From: an uncultured Verrucomicrobiae bacterium
Lineage (GTDB): Bacteria > Verrucomicrobiota > Verrucomicrobiia > Chthoniobacterales > Chthoniobacteraceae
NCBI GenBank assembly: GCA_963836755.1
Contig: CAWIKF010000001.1
Location: 608,001 to 672,000 of the forward strand
Length of the DNA stretch: 64,000 nucleotides
Direction: 5' to 3'
Part shown: positions 30,524 to 39,920 of the stretch, piece by piece
How positions within the stretch are numbered: position 1 is the first letter of the stretch
Layout of the letters: each line of letters starts with the position of its first letter
Program-made: the position numbers and the translations under genes
Notes under the pieces: generated by a model
What the model was told of the DNA's origin: nothing
Seen by the model: the letters and a program-made list of their open reading frames with translations, nothing else
Databases searched by the model: none

Positions 30524-31299
30524 AGCGCCTCGATGGCGCGGAGCTGCGCGCGATGCTGTCGCGTTGCGCTTTGGCGCGTGAAATCATTTTGCTCGCGGAG
30601 ACCGGCTCGACGAACGACGAAGCGATGCGGATGGGCCGCGATGGCGCGGCGGACGGGACGGTGATTTTCGCGGAAAATCAGACGTCGGGTCGCGGAAGAT
30701 TCGGACGAAAATGGGACGCGGAGCCAGGTGCGGCACTGACTTTTTCCGTGTTGCTGCGGCCGCAAATGCCGATGCGCGATTGGCCGCGGCTGACGACCTG
30801 CGCGGCAGTGGCGGTGGCGGAGGCGATCGAGGAAATGATCGATGGTCGCGCGGCGATCAAGTGGCCGAACGATGTTTACCTCGCGGAAAAAAAAGTGGCG
30901 GGAATTTTAATCGAGAGCCACGCTGACAAATTCGCGGTGGTAGGGATCGGCGTGAATGTGAATCAAAAAACGTTCGCGGAGCCGCTGTCGGAATCTGCAA
31001 TTTCGATGCGCCAAATGGTGCGCCGTGAGCTGGATCGGGCGGAAGTGGCGGCCGCAATTTTACGCAGGCTCGACGCGCTTTTGGCGACGTTGCGCGATGA
31101 CTTTCCAAAAATCGTGGCGGCCGCGGAGGCGCGCAGTTACTTGCGTGGGCGCTGGATCGAAGCGGAGATCGCTGGTCGCAGGGAGTGCGGAATCGCCGAG
31201 ACGCTCGATGAAGATGGCGCGCTGATTTTGCGCAAAAGTGACGGCACGGCGCTCGTGCTCTCGAGCGGCGAGGTGAGCCGCGCGCGGGCCGCGTTTTAG
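30520..31299 (+). CDS. birA: Biotin-[acetyl-CoA-carboxylase] ligase
   Basis: STND, QTSGRGRFGRKW, KWPNDVY and KVAGIL motifs; no HTH domain. Confidence 0.93.
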   Translation: MKRLDGAELRAMLSRCALAREIILLAETGSTNDEAMRMGRDGAADGTVIFAENQTSGRGRFGRKWDAEPGAALTFSVLLRPQMPMRDWPRLTTCAAVAVAEAIEEMIDGRAAIKWPNDVYLAEKKVAGILIESHADKFAVVGIGVNVNQKTFAEPLSESAISMRQMVRRELDRAEVAAAILRRLDALLATLRDDFPKIVAAAEARSYLRGRWIEAEIAGRRECGIAETLDEDGALILRKSDGTALVLSSGEVSRARAAF

Positions 31300-31349
31300 A
31301 TTCGAACTTTTTCAGCGGGACGGCGCAGCGGGCAAGCATCCTGCTATGC

Positions 31350-32075
31350 ATGCAGGACGGAGCGATGCATATAGAACAATCGGACTTTCACGAACAACTG
31401 GTGCGCGGATTGGCGCATAAGATGAACAATATCCTGAGCCTTTTTCAGGGTTATCTCGGCTTGATGCTGGAGGACAAAAACCTCGATCGCAACACGCTCG
31501 AGGGCCTTGCGCGGATTCGCAAAGGAGCGCAGGCGGCGTCCGATTTGATGGATCGCACGCGCGTCTTTGCGAAGCCGTCGTCCGCGGTCTGGCGCGAGAT
31601 GGACGTCGCGGAATTTTTCGAGATGTCAAAGCCGTCGCTCGAGACGTTGTGTGAGCGCGGCGTGAAGCTGGAAATTTCGCTCGAAGAAAATTTGCCGCGG
31701 CTCTGGGTGGACGTTTCGCGGCTGCGCATGGCGCTGATGGAAATCGTCCGAAATGCCGTCCAGGCGAGTCCAGTGGCGGCCACAGTCGTCATTCATGCGC
31801 GCACCGAAACGCGGCGGCTGAAAGTGAAAGACGAGAACGGCGCGCCGCAGCCGATCACGTGGATTGCATTGACGGTGACGGACGAGGGCGAGGGAATCGC
31901 GCCGGAGATTGCGTCAAAAATTTTCCAGCCGTTTTTTTCCACGCGCCGCAAGCAGGATGCGATGGGGCTCGGGCTGAGCGTCGCGCTCGGGCTCGTGCAA
32001 CAGCTCGGCGGCGTCATTCGTTTTTCAAAAACGGGGAGCACATCGTTTCGGATTTTGCTCCCGTCGCGAACTTAG
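31350..32075 (+). CDS. Histidine kinase core (HisKA + HATPase) without a sensor domain
   Basis: LAHKMNNIL H-box, NAVQA N-box, DEGEGI G1, IFQPFFST F-box and GLGLS G2. Confidence 0.82.
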   Translation: MQDGAMHIEQSDFHEQLVRGLAHKMNNILSLFQGYLGLMLEDKNLDRNTLEGLARIRKGAQAASDLMDRTRVFAKPSSAVWREMDVAEFFEMSKPSLETLCERGVKLEISLEENLPRLWVDVSRLRMALMEIVRNAVQASPVAATVVIHARTETRRLKVKDENGAPQPITWIALTVTDEGEGIAPEIASKIFQPFFSTRRKQDAMGLGLSVALGLVQQLGGVIRFSKTGSTSFRILLPSRT

Positions 32076-32127
32076 CGAGTTTGGCAGCGATTGCGTTTTC
32101 GCGTGACGCGCGCTATTCGAGAGAGGC

Positions 32128-33024
32128 GTGGCGACCGCAAAAAAAGATCGACTGGCCGAAGCGTTTTTCGATGCGCTGGAGTTTGAGCGCAACTGCTCGC
32201 GACGAACCCTGATCAACTACCGCCACGCGCTAGCGACCTTTCGCGCGCAGCCGAATTTGCCGGCGTGGAAAGATTGCGCGGCGGATCATTTCCGGCAGTT
32301 TTTGTTTGAGCTGATGAAGAAAAAAAGCTCGCGCGCCACGGTGCGACTGCACTTCGCGGCGCTGCGGACTTTTTACAAATTTCTCACCGAGCGCCATGGC
32401 CTGCGCGACAATCCGCTCAAGGAAGTGCAATTGCCAAAGGCGGAAAAAAAGCTGCCGCTCGTGCTGACTGGAAAGCAAGTCGACGAGCTGCTCGCCGCGC
32501 CTTTCAAAGCGCCGCGCCAGAGACAGGCACCGGCGTGGGCGGCCGCACGGGACGCCGCGATCATGGAACTTTTTTACAGCAGCGGACTTCGTCTGTCGGA
32601 GCTCGTCGCGCTCGACGTCGCGCACATTGATCCGTATTCGGAAACCGTCCGCGTTTTTGGCAAAGGCCGCAAAGAGCGCATCTGCCCGGTCGGCGCGCCC
32701 GCGCTCGCGGCAATCCAGCGTTACCGGCACGAAGCGCGCGTCGAGGCGGGGCCGCTCTTCATCAATAAACGGCGCGGCCGGCTCTCGGCGACGAACGTTT
32801 GGGCGCTGCTCAAAAAATATGTGCGGCACACGAGCATTCCGATTTCTCTCAGTCCGCACAAGCTGCGGCATTCCTTCGCGACGCACCTGCTCGATGCCGG
32901 TGCGGACCTGCGCAGCGTGCAATCGCTGCTCGGCCACGCGAGCCTCTCGACCACGCAGATTTACACGCACGTGACGGTCGAGCGGTTGAAGAAAGTTTAC
33001 AACGAGGCGCACCCGCGGGCTTGA
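32128..33024 (+). CDS. xerC: Tyrosine recombinase XerC/XerD family
   Basis: LFYSSGLRLSEL, GKGRKER, PHKLRHSFATHLL..GADLR and LLGHASLSTTQIYTH motifs. Confidence 0.88.
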   Translation: MATAKKDRLAEAFFDALEFERNCSRRTLINYRHALATFRAQPNLPAWKDCAADHFRQFLFELMKKKSSRATVRLHFAALRTFYKFLTERHGLRDNPLKEVQLPKAEKKLPLVLTGKQVDELLAAPFKAPRQRQAPAWAAARDAAIMELFYSSGLRLSELVALDVAHIDPYSETVRVFGKGRKERICPVGAPALAAIQRYRHEARVEAGPLFINKRRGRLSATNVWALLKKYVRHTSIPISLSPHKLRHSFATHLLDAGADLRSVQSLLGHASLSTTQIYTHVTVERLKKVYNEAHPRA

Positions 33025-33140
33025 GGCGCGGCGGGGCAGGGAACTGCCGAAGTTTAGACAGTAAGACTTTTCGGCTTGTTTGTTTTTAGCCAACAGCAAC
33101 GGCGCTGTTCAGTTTTGCGAATGCCCGCGAACCCGCTTCA

Positions 33141-33197
33141 CTGCTTGCTTTTGAGCAGATTTTAATCATCGGCCATTCCATTGGCACAGCGCCTGCT
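33141..33197 (+). promoter_or_regulatory. sigma54 (-24/-12) promoter and candidate activator site upstream of amtB
   Basis: TGGCAC-AGCGC-CTGC at 33182-33196 (GG-N10-GC); palindrome CTGCT-N8-AGCAG at 33141-33158. Confidence 0.7.
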
Positions 33198-33451
33198 GAG
33201 GGCGGCACCGTGATTTTCTCAGGAGAAATTTGCTCGTGTGCCGGCGTCGCCCATTTGCGGCAGCGTCTCGCGCATGGAGCGGTGACGAAAAATTTCTCCA
33301 GTCCAGTTTCATCGGCCAGGCTGCGGGTTCAACAAACCCGGAGCCAAGTGGTTTTGATGAATAACCGCGGGCGCATCCATCTGCGCGTCCTCAAACCTTC
33401 CGCCGGGCCCACTGCGCGGCGGAGCAAACCTAAACCTAAAAGAAAGTTATA

Positions 33452-35329
33452 ATGCCTAAACTATTAAAGAAATGGTCGCTGCTCGCAATCGCGGGCGCGA
33501 TGGCCTGGACCGCCGGTGGCGGAACCATCCGGGCACAGGATGCGACGCCAACCGTCGCAGCCACACCTGAAGCAGCTTCGCCTGCTCCAGCAGCTGCGGC
33601 AGCTAGTCCCGCAGCCGCGGATGCAACCGCCGCTGCTCCCGCAGCAGCATCGCCAACTCCGCAGCAACCTGACTCGCTCGCCTATCCGCCCGGCGCAAAC
33701 GCGGGAACGGTTACGGATTTGACGTGGCCAATCCCGGCTGATGCCAGCAGCGTCAATCCGGCTGGCAAAAACAAAGTCACGCCTGACGAAGTCGTCGCGA
33801 ACGTGGCGCACAACAAGATCTCGATCAACGTGGTCTGGACGCTCGTCACGGGCTTCCTGGTCATGTTCATGCAGGCGGGATTTGCGCTCGTCGAAACCGG
33901 CCTTTGCCGCGCGAAAAATGCGGCGCACGTTATGGCGACAAACTTCATGATCTACGGCCTGGGCATGCTCGGGTTCTGGATTTGCGGTTTCGCGTTCATG
34001 TTCGGCAACTACTGGAACGGTCCGGTTCCGATTGGCTGGCAACCGTCGCTCGGTCAAGGGCTCGCGCTTTTGAACAGCGGCTGGACGGTAACGATCGCCG
34101 GGCATCCGTTCGGATTGATCGGGTTAAAAGGCTTTTTCCTGAGCCCGTCGGTATTCGACAGCGCCGTCCTGACGTTGTTCCTGTTTGAAATGGTGTTCAT
34201 GGACACCACGGCAACCATCCCGACCGGCACGATGGCGGAACGCTGGAACTTCAAACACTTCATCGTTTACGGTTTCTGGGTCGGCATGTTCCCGTATGCC
34301 ATTTACGGCAACTGGGTCTGGGGCGGCGGCTGGCTCGCGCAGCTCGGCCAGAACTTCGCACTCGGCCACGGTGCCGTGGACTTCGCCGGCTCCGGCGTGG
34401 TGCACATGTGCGGTGGCGTGATTGCCCTCGCTGGTGGTCTCGCCATTGGACCTCGTCTGGGCAAATACGGCCCGGATGGCAAGCCACGCCCGATCCCGGG
34501 ACACGACGTTCCGATGGTCATGCTCGGCACTTTCATTCTGGCGCTCGGCTGGTTCGGGTTCAACCCGGGATCGACTCTCGCGGGCACGGACAACCGCATC
34601 GCCATTGTGGCGGTAAACACGATGCTCGCGGGTGCGGCAGCCTCGATCGGAACCCTGATCACGATGTATCTCGTAACGGGCAAACCGGATCCGACGATGC
34701 TTTGCAACGGCCTGCTCGCAGGTCTCGTCGCCATCACGGCTCCTTGCGCCTTTGTGAACACGATGGGCGCGGTGATCATCGGCTTCATCGCCGGCATCAT
34801 TGTAGTATTCTCCGTGTTCTTCTGGGAACGTGTGGCGAAAGTTGACGACTGCGTTGGCGCTCTCTCCGTTCACGGAGTTTGCGGCTGCTTCGGCGTGCTC
34901 AGTGTCGGCATCTTTGCCAACGGCTCCTACGGTGCCGGCTGGGGTGGCGTTCACAAACTGTTCAAAGACGGCGCGTGGACGATCATCAACAACGACGCCC
35001 TTCCGGCGACGTTAACGAAATACGCGACCATGACCGGCACTGGAGCTGGCGGCGGCTGGACAGATGTCGGCGTCACCGGCATCCTCGGCCCGCTTTTCGG
35101 CGCGCCTGCGGCCGACATGTCACAGTTCATGGCGCAAGCCGTGGACGCACTCGTCTGCGCAGTATTCGTGTTCGTGTTCAGCTACATCTTCTTTAAGGTG
35201 TCGAACATGTTCGTGAAGATCCGCTCCGTGCGTGAAGAAGAAATCCAGGGTCTGGATGTTCCGGAAATGGGCGTCGAAGCCTATCCGGACTTCTCGCAAA
35301 CCGATAAAACCTCGCCGCAAATCGGCTAA
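33452..35329 (+). CDS. amtB: Ammonium transporter
   Basis: FMQAGFALVETG, DFAGSGVVH, GWFGFNPGS, NGLLAGLVAITA and DD..GA..VHG motifs. Confidence 0.95.
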   Translation: MPKLLKKWSLLAIAGAMAWTAGGGTIRAQDATPTVAATPEAASPAPAAAAASPAAADATAAAPAAASPTPQQPDSLAYPPGANAGTVTDLTWPIPADASSVNPAGKNKVTPDEVVANVAHNKISINVVWTLVTGFLVMFMQAGFALVETGLCRAKNAAHVMATNFMIYGLGMLGFWICGFAFMFGNYWNGPVPIGWQPSLGQGLALLNSGWTVTIAGHPFGLIGLKGFFLSPSVFDSAVLTLFLFEMVFMDTTATIPTGTMAERWNFKHFIVYGFWVGMFPYAIYGNWVWGGGWLAQLGQNFALGHGAVDFAGSGVVHMCGGVIALAGGLAIGPRLGKYGPDGKPRPIPGHDVPMVMLGTFILALGWFGFNPGSTLAGTDNRIAIVAVNTMLAGAAASIGTLITMYLVTGKPDPTMLCNGLLAGLVAITAPCAFVNTMGAVIIGFIAGIIVVFSVFFWERVAKVDDCVGALSVHGVCGCFGVLSVGIFANGSYGAGWGGVHKLFKDGAWTIINNDALPATLTKYATMTGTGAGGGWTDVGVTGILGPLFGAPAADMSQFMAQAVDALVCAVFVFVFSYIFFKVSNMFVKIRSVREEEIQGLDVPEMGVEAYPDFSQTDKTSPQIG

Positions 35330-35385
35330 ACCTCAACGCTGGGCCCCGTCTGGCTTCGGCCAGGCGGGGCACGGCAAAGGAGTAA

Positions 35386-35727
<342 letters not shown>

Positions 35728-35748
35728 CCCGCAATCACAGCAACGTTT

Positions 35749-35786
35749 AAAAAAAGCGGCGAAGGCCTCGACCTTCGCCGCTTTTT
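35749..35786 (+). terminator. Intrinsic terminator, probably bidirectional
   Basis: AAAAAGCGGCGAAGG-CCTCGA-CCTTCGCCGCTTTTT just downstream of glnK. Confidence 0.9.
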
Positions 35787-35802
35787 CGTCACAAGCTCCC
35801 GC

Positions 35803-36141
35803 ATGCCCACCGTCTCCATCGTTCTTTCCATCGTTTCACTGCTGACCCTCGTCCTGGGAATCCTCGCGTGGCGGCTCACGACCAGCCGGCCGCTGCTCAT
35901 CAACGTTCTTCTCTCCACCGCCTTCACCTTGATCGGCGCCTACGCGGCGACGAACCGCCAGCGGCCCGAGTTTGCCTACATTCTTCCATTTTTCTCGGCC
36001 ATGCTCTGCGGCGGCAAGGCCCTGGGCTACTTGTGGCGCAGCCGCAAGGAAAGCGAACTTCTCACACCCGGCTCGCTCCTCGCCTTCGTCGGCCTCGCAT
36101 GCGCAGGGGGTGCTTTTTTTGCATTCCGCGTCCTTTATTAG
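35803..36141 (+). CDS. Small integral membrane protein
   Basis: 112 aa with about four hydrophobic segments; genome-like codon bias. Confidence 0.7.
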   Translation: MPTVSIVLSIVSLLTLVLGILAWRLTTSRPLLINVLLSTAFTLIGAYAATNRQRPEFAYILPFFSAMLCGGKALGYLWRSRKESELLTPGSLLAFVGLACAGGAFFAFRVLY

Positions 36142-36283
36142 TTTCATTGGCCGTGGACGAAGAGAACCATCCCGCTGGTCCTATTTTTGCAAAATTCTTC
36201 CGCGGCGCGCCTGCGATCTTGCCTTCACAGAGAGCGGGAGGACCGGGCATGAAAACGGCTAGCCTTGCCGATTTTTCCAAACG

Positions 36284-37585
36284 ATGCCTTTTCTAGCCGA
36301 GAGTTTTCCCAACCCGAGTCCGTTCATGGTGCTGCCGTTTGTCGCGATGCTCGCGGCGATCGCCATCGCGCCGATCCTCATCAAGCACCACTGGGAGCGG
36401 CATTACCACAAAGTCAGCGTCAGCCTTGGGCTGATCGCACTTTTTTACTACGCGTTCGTCTTGAAAAACTGGGGGCGCATCGGCCACACGGCGTATGAAT
36501 ACGTCAGCTTCATCGCGCTGATCGGCTCACTTTTCATCGTCGCGGGCGGGATTCACATCGTCGTCAAAGGCGAGGCGAAGCCGTGGATGAACTGCGTCTT
36601 CCTTCTCCTCGGCGCCATCATCGCCAACGTCATCGGCACCACCGGCGCATCGATGCTGCTCGTCCGCCCCTGGATTCGGATGAACCGCTACCGCTTCACG
36701 GGCTTCCACACCGTCTTTTTCATCTTCATCGTCAGCAACGTCGGCGGCTGCCTGACCCCGATCGGCGATCCGCCGCTCTTTCTCGGATTTTTGAAAGGCG
36801 TCCCGTTCTGGTGGGTCTTCGAGCATTGCTGGGAGGCGTGGCTGGTGGCCGTCTTTGGAATGCTCGGGATCTTTTATTTGCGCGACCGGACGAACTTCCT
36901 CAAAGCGCCGCGCGCCGTCCGCGAAGCCGAGACCGGCGGCGGCGAGACATGGAAATTCGGCGGCCTCTGGAATCTCGCATTCCTCGCCGTCATCCTCGGC
37001 TCCGTCTTCATCAAAGGCATGCCCGGCCTGCGCGAGGCGATCATGATCGGCGCCGCGGTCGCGTCCTATGTGACCACCGACAAGCGGACGCACAAGGCAA
37101 ACGACTTCAGCTTCGCCCCCATCAAGGAAGTCGCGTGGCTCTTTGTCGGCATCTTCGCCACCATGATGCCCGCGCTCGATTACCTCGAACTGCACGCGGC
37201 CTCGCTCGGGCTCCACAGCGAGATGCAATTCTACTGGCTCACCGGCGCCCTCTCCGGCGTGCTCGATAACGCGCCGACATACCTCACCTTCCTCGCGAGC
37301 GCCTTTGGCGTCGTCGGGCTAAAAATCGACCAGCCCGAGCACATGCAGGAATTCATCATGCACCATGACCATTACCTCGTCGCCATCTCCATCGGCGCGG
37401 TCTTCTTCGGCGCCATGACCTACATTGGCAACGGCCCGAACCTGATGGTAAAATCGATCGCCGAGGCTGCCGGCGCGAAGACACCGAGCTTTTTCGGCTA
37501 TGTCTTCAAATATTCGCTACCGGTGCTCATTCCCTTCTTCTTCATCGTCGGGATTCTCTTCTTTTCGAGCCATCGCATCTTTTAA
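36284..37585 (+). CDS. Putative sodium:proton antiporter / ion transporter superfamily permease
   Basis: IGTTGASMLL, SNVGGCLTPIGDPPL, LDNAPTY and GAMTYIGNGPN motifs. Confidence 0.85.
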   Translation: MPFLAESFPNPSPFMVLPFVAMLAAIAIAPILIKHHWERHYHKVSVSLGLIALFYYAFVLKNWGRIGHTAYEYVSFIALIGSLFIVAGGIHIVVKGEAKPWMNCVFLLLGAIIANVIGTTGASMLLVRPWIRMNRYRFTGFHTVFFIFIVSNVGGCLTPIGDPPLFLGFLKGVPFWWVFEHCWEAWLVAVFGMLGIFYLRDRTNFLKAPRAVREAETGGGETWKFGGLWNLAFLAVILGSVFIKGMPGLREAIMIGAAVASYVTTDKRTHKANDFSFAPIKEVAWLFVGIFATMMPALDYLELHAASLGLHSEMQFYWLTGALSGVLDNAPTYLTFLASAFGVVGLKIDQPEHMQEFIMHHDHYLVAISIGAVFFGAMTYIGNGPNLMVKSIAEAAGAKTPSFFGYVFKYSLPVLIPFFFIVGILFFSSHRIF

Positions 37586-37607
37586 AGTCGCAGCTGGCTG
37601 CAGGCAG

Positions 37608-37952
37608 GTCATCAGAAAGCGCTCTCGCATCGTCGGAAACCGGTCTCACGTCATCGGAAACCGACCTCGCGTCATCGGAAACCGGTCTCGCGTCGTCGGA
37701 AACCGGTCTCGCATCGTCGGAAACCAGTCTCGCATCATCGGAAACCAGTCTCGCATCATCGGAAGCCGGTCTCGCATCGTCGGAAACCGGTCTCGCATCA
37801 TCGGAAACCAGTCTCGCATCGTCGGAAACCGGTCTCGCATCATCAGAAACCGGTCCCGCGTCATCGGAAACCCCTCTGATGCCATCGGAAATCACTTTCA
37901 GGCTATCGCAAACCGCTTTAAGCTCATCGGAGACCAAATCCGCCATCGGAAA
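37608..37952. repeat. Tandem array C: 16 units in exact 21-bp register, (A/G)TC(A/G)TCGGAAACC(G/A)GTCTCGC, plus one off-register unit
   Basis: Units every 21 bp from 37608 to 37923; the last four are degenerate; a final GCCATCGGAAAC lies just before ATG 37955. Confidence 0.95.
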
Positions 37953-37954
37953 CA

Positions 37955-38311
37955 ATGACTCACGTAACTACATCAGAGGGAAAGCTGGTTGTGGAAGTTC
38001 AGGGCTGGGACAAGCTTTGGGCGTTCAAAGGCCGCCTGGAGATCCCGCTCGAGCATGTCAGCGGGATCCGCGCCGCCGAAAACGAGCGCGTGCGAGGGAT
38101 CAAGGCTCCTGGCACTTACATTCCTGGCGTCATCACTGCGGGCACGTTTCACCGGGTCGGCAGCAAAGTTTTTTGGGACGTGCACGATCATGCCCGCGCT
38201 ATCGCGATTGACTTGCGCGACGATCGGTATGCCGCGTTGATCGTCGAAGTCGCGGATCCAGAAGCGACGATCCGCGAGATCGAGAGAGCGATCGCGCCGG
38301 TCAGTGCCTGA
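37955..38311 (+). CDS. Hypothetical protein (possible PH-like fold)
   Basis: 118 aa with LEIPLEHV, RGIKAPGTYIPG..AGTF, FWDV and LIVEVADP, which looks like a conserved small family. Confidence 0.75.
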   Translation: MTHVTTSEGKLVVEVQGWDKLWAFKGRLEIPLEHVSGIRAAENERVRGIKAPGTYIPGVITAGTFHRVGSKVFWDVHDHARAIAIDLRDDRYAALIVEVADPEATIREIERAIAPVSA

Positions 38312-38330
38312 AAAAGCGGTCAGGCAGCGA

Positions 38331-38693
38331 ATGAAAACTCCCGCGACGCGCGAATCGCAGCATGCGCGACCGATCGGCTCGCTCATCAGCAAATCCGAAA
38401 AGGCGCAGCAGAAACTGACGCCGGGAACGTGGCAGCATTCGATGCTGCGGGACAATCTCAAAGCGTTGCGCATCGCCTCGGCGTTGATGAACAATGACGC
38501 CACCGAGCATTTCACGCGGGAAGAATTTCGCGACGCTCTACAAGCCTTTGCCGCGATGATCAGCAGGAGTGAGGCGGCTCAGTCAAAGTTCGCGCCGGGC
38601 ACTTCCCAGCATACTTTGCTGCGAAACAGGCTCGCGGCGTTGCGCGCAGCGGAAGTTCTCGCAAAGGCGGCGGCGGACAAGTTCAGCTCTTGA
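38331..38693 (+). CDS. Hypothetical protein with an internal duplication
   Basis: SEKAQQKLTPGTWQHSMLRDNLKALRIA and SEAAQSKFAPGTSQHTLLRNRLAALRAA. Confidence 0.75.
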   Translation: MKTPATRESQHARPIGSLISKSEKAQQKLTPGTWQHSMLRDNLKALRIASALMNNDATEHFTREEFRDALQAFAAMISRSEAAQSKFAPGTSQHTLLRNRLAALRAAEVLAKAAADKFSS

Positions 38694-38795
38694 CCGAGGG
38701 GGCGGATTTTGACGCGCAACGCGCGACTTTTTCCGCATGGTTCTGATTCACCCGCAACTACATCCAAAACCGGCCTGAGAATAGTTTTAATGGCA

Positions 38796-39110
38796 ATGAA
38801 TATTCGCAAATCCTCTTTTGCAGTCACCCTCGCAGTTTCCATCGCTCTCGCGCTGAGCGCGTGCGGCGGCGGCTCGCCCCTGACTTTGACGCAAGCCAAT
38901 CTCGACAAAATCCACGACGGCATGTCGGCGAGCGAGGTGAAGAGCATCCTCGGCGACCCGACAGACTCGAAGACCGAGCCGATCCCGATCGTCGGCGGCA
39001 CGAAGACGACTTACGTTTACACGAATAAGGACGGGAACGACCGTGTCACGATCGTGTTGAAAAATGACACGGTGCAGTCGAAGGAAGGCCACTTCAGCAG
39101 CAACCAGTAG
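38796..39110 (+). CDS. Small lipoprotein, SmpA/OmlA (BamE)-like
   Basis: Lipobox LSAC; I..GMS..EV..ILGDP motif. Confidence 0.75.
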   Translation: MNIRKSSFAVTLAVSIALALSACGGGSPLTLTQANLDKIHDGMSASEVKSILGDPTDSKTEPIPIVGGTKTTYVYTNKDGNDRVTIVLKNDTVQSKEGHFSSNQ

Positions 39111-39113
39111 CAA

Positions 39114-39920
39114 GTGCGCATCTCGCTTTTCACGGCGGTTATTTTTTGCGCTACCATGGCTTCCGCCAAAGTCGTCGTGAAACCGGTGACCTATGACGAG
39201 GGTGGAAAAAAGCTCGAGAGCCAGCTGGTTTACGATGACAGCGCGACGAATGGCGTGAAGCGGCCGGGCGTGCTGGTTTTTCCGGAATGGTGGGGGCTGA
39301 ACGATTTTGCGAAAAGCCGCGCGCAGGAGCTGGCGCAGATGGGTTACGTCGCGCTCGCGGTCGATATGTATGGCAACGGTCAGGCGACTACCGATGCGAA
39401 GCAGGCAAAAGATTGGGCCGGGCCATTGATGAGCGATAAACCGGCGATGGCGCGGCGCGCGCAGGCGGCGCTCACGCAATTGCTAAACACGAAGCTGGTC
39501 AACCCGCGACAGGTGGCGGCGATCGGTTTTTGCTTCGGCGGCACTTGCAGTCAGGAGCTGGCTTACAGCGGCGCACCGATCGCGGCGGTGGTCAGTTTTC
39601 ACGGCGGGCTCGTGACGCCGAGCGCGGATCAAGTGAAGCAGACTCACGCGAAATTCCTGATGCTCAACGGCGCGGTGGACCCGACCGTGAAGCAGGACGC
39701 GGTCAAGGATTTCATGCAGGCGCTCGACGCGGGAAAGATCGATTACGAGTTCATCAACTACGCCGGCGCGCGCCACGCCTTCACAAATCCCGATGCGGAC
39801 AAACTCGGCGCGGCCAACGGAATGTCGGCAGTGGTCGGCTACAACGAAATCGCCGCGCGCCGCTCGTGGGCGCAGATGAAAATGTTCTTCGACGAGATTT
39901 TCGGCAGGCGCAGCAGCTAA
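39114..39920 (+). CDS. Dienelactone hydrolase family protein (secreted)
   Basis: PEWWGLN, GFCFGG, SFHGGL and HAFTNP motifs. Confidence 0.9.
   Translation: MRISLFTAVIFCATMASAKVVVKPVTYDEGGKKLESQLVYDDSATNGVKRPGVLVFPEWWGLNDFAKSRAQELAQMGYVALAVDMYGNGQATTDAKQAKDWAGPLMSDKPAMARRAQAALTQLLNTKLVNPRQVAAIGFCFGGTCSQELAYSGAPIAAVVSFHGGLVTPSADQVKQTHAKFLMLNGAVDPTVKQDAVKDFMQALDAGKIDYEFINYAGARHAFTNPDADKLGAANGMSAVVGYNEIAARRSWAQMKMFFDEIFGRRSS

Noticed and set aside
32128..33024. The tyrosine recombinase as the integron integrase for the attC sites
   Set aside because: It has XerC/D size and motifs, shows no sign of the IntI-specific insertion before the HxLRH box, sits in housekeeping context and is far from both cassette clusters.
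37500..37958. Repeat-derived ORFs (RIVGNRS and VSDDARP frames) as genes
   Set aside because: Frames are open because the repeat unit lacks stops. The starts overlap neighbouring genes and there is no RBS. Not called as CDS, though translation is not excluded.
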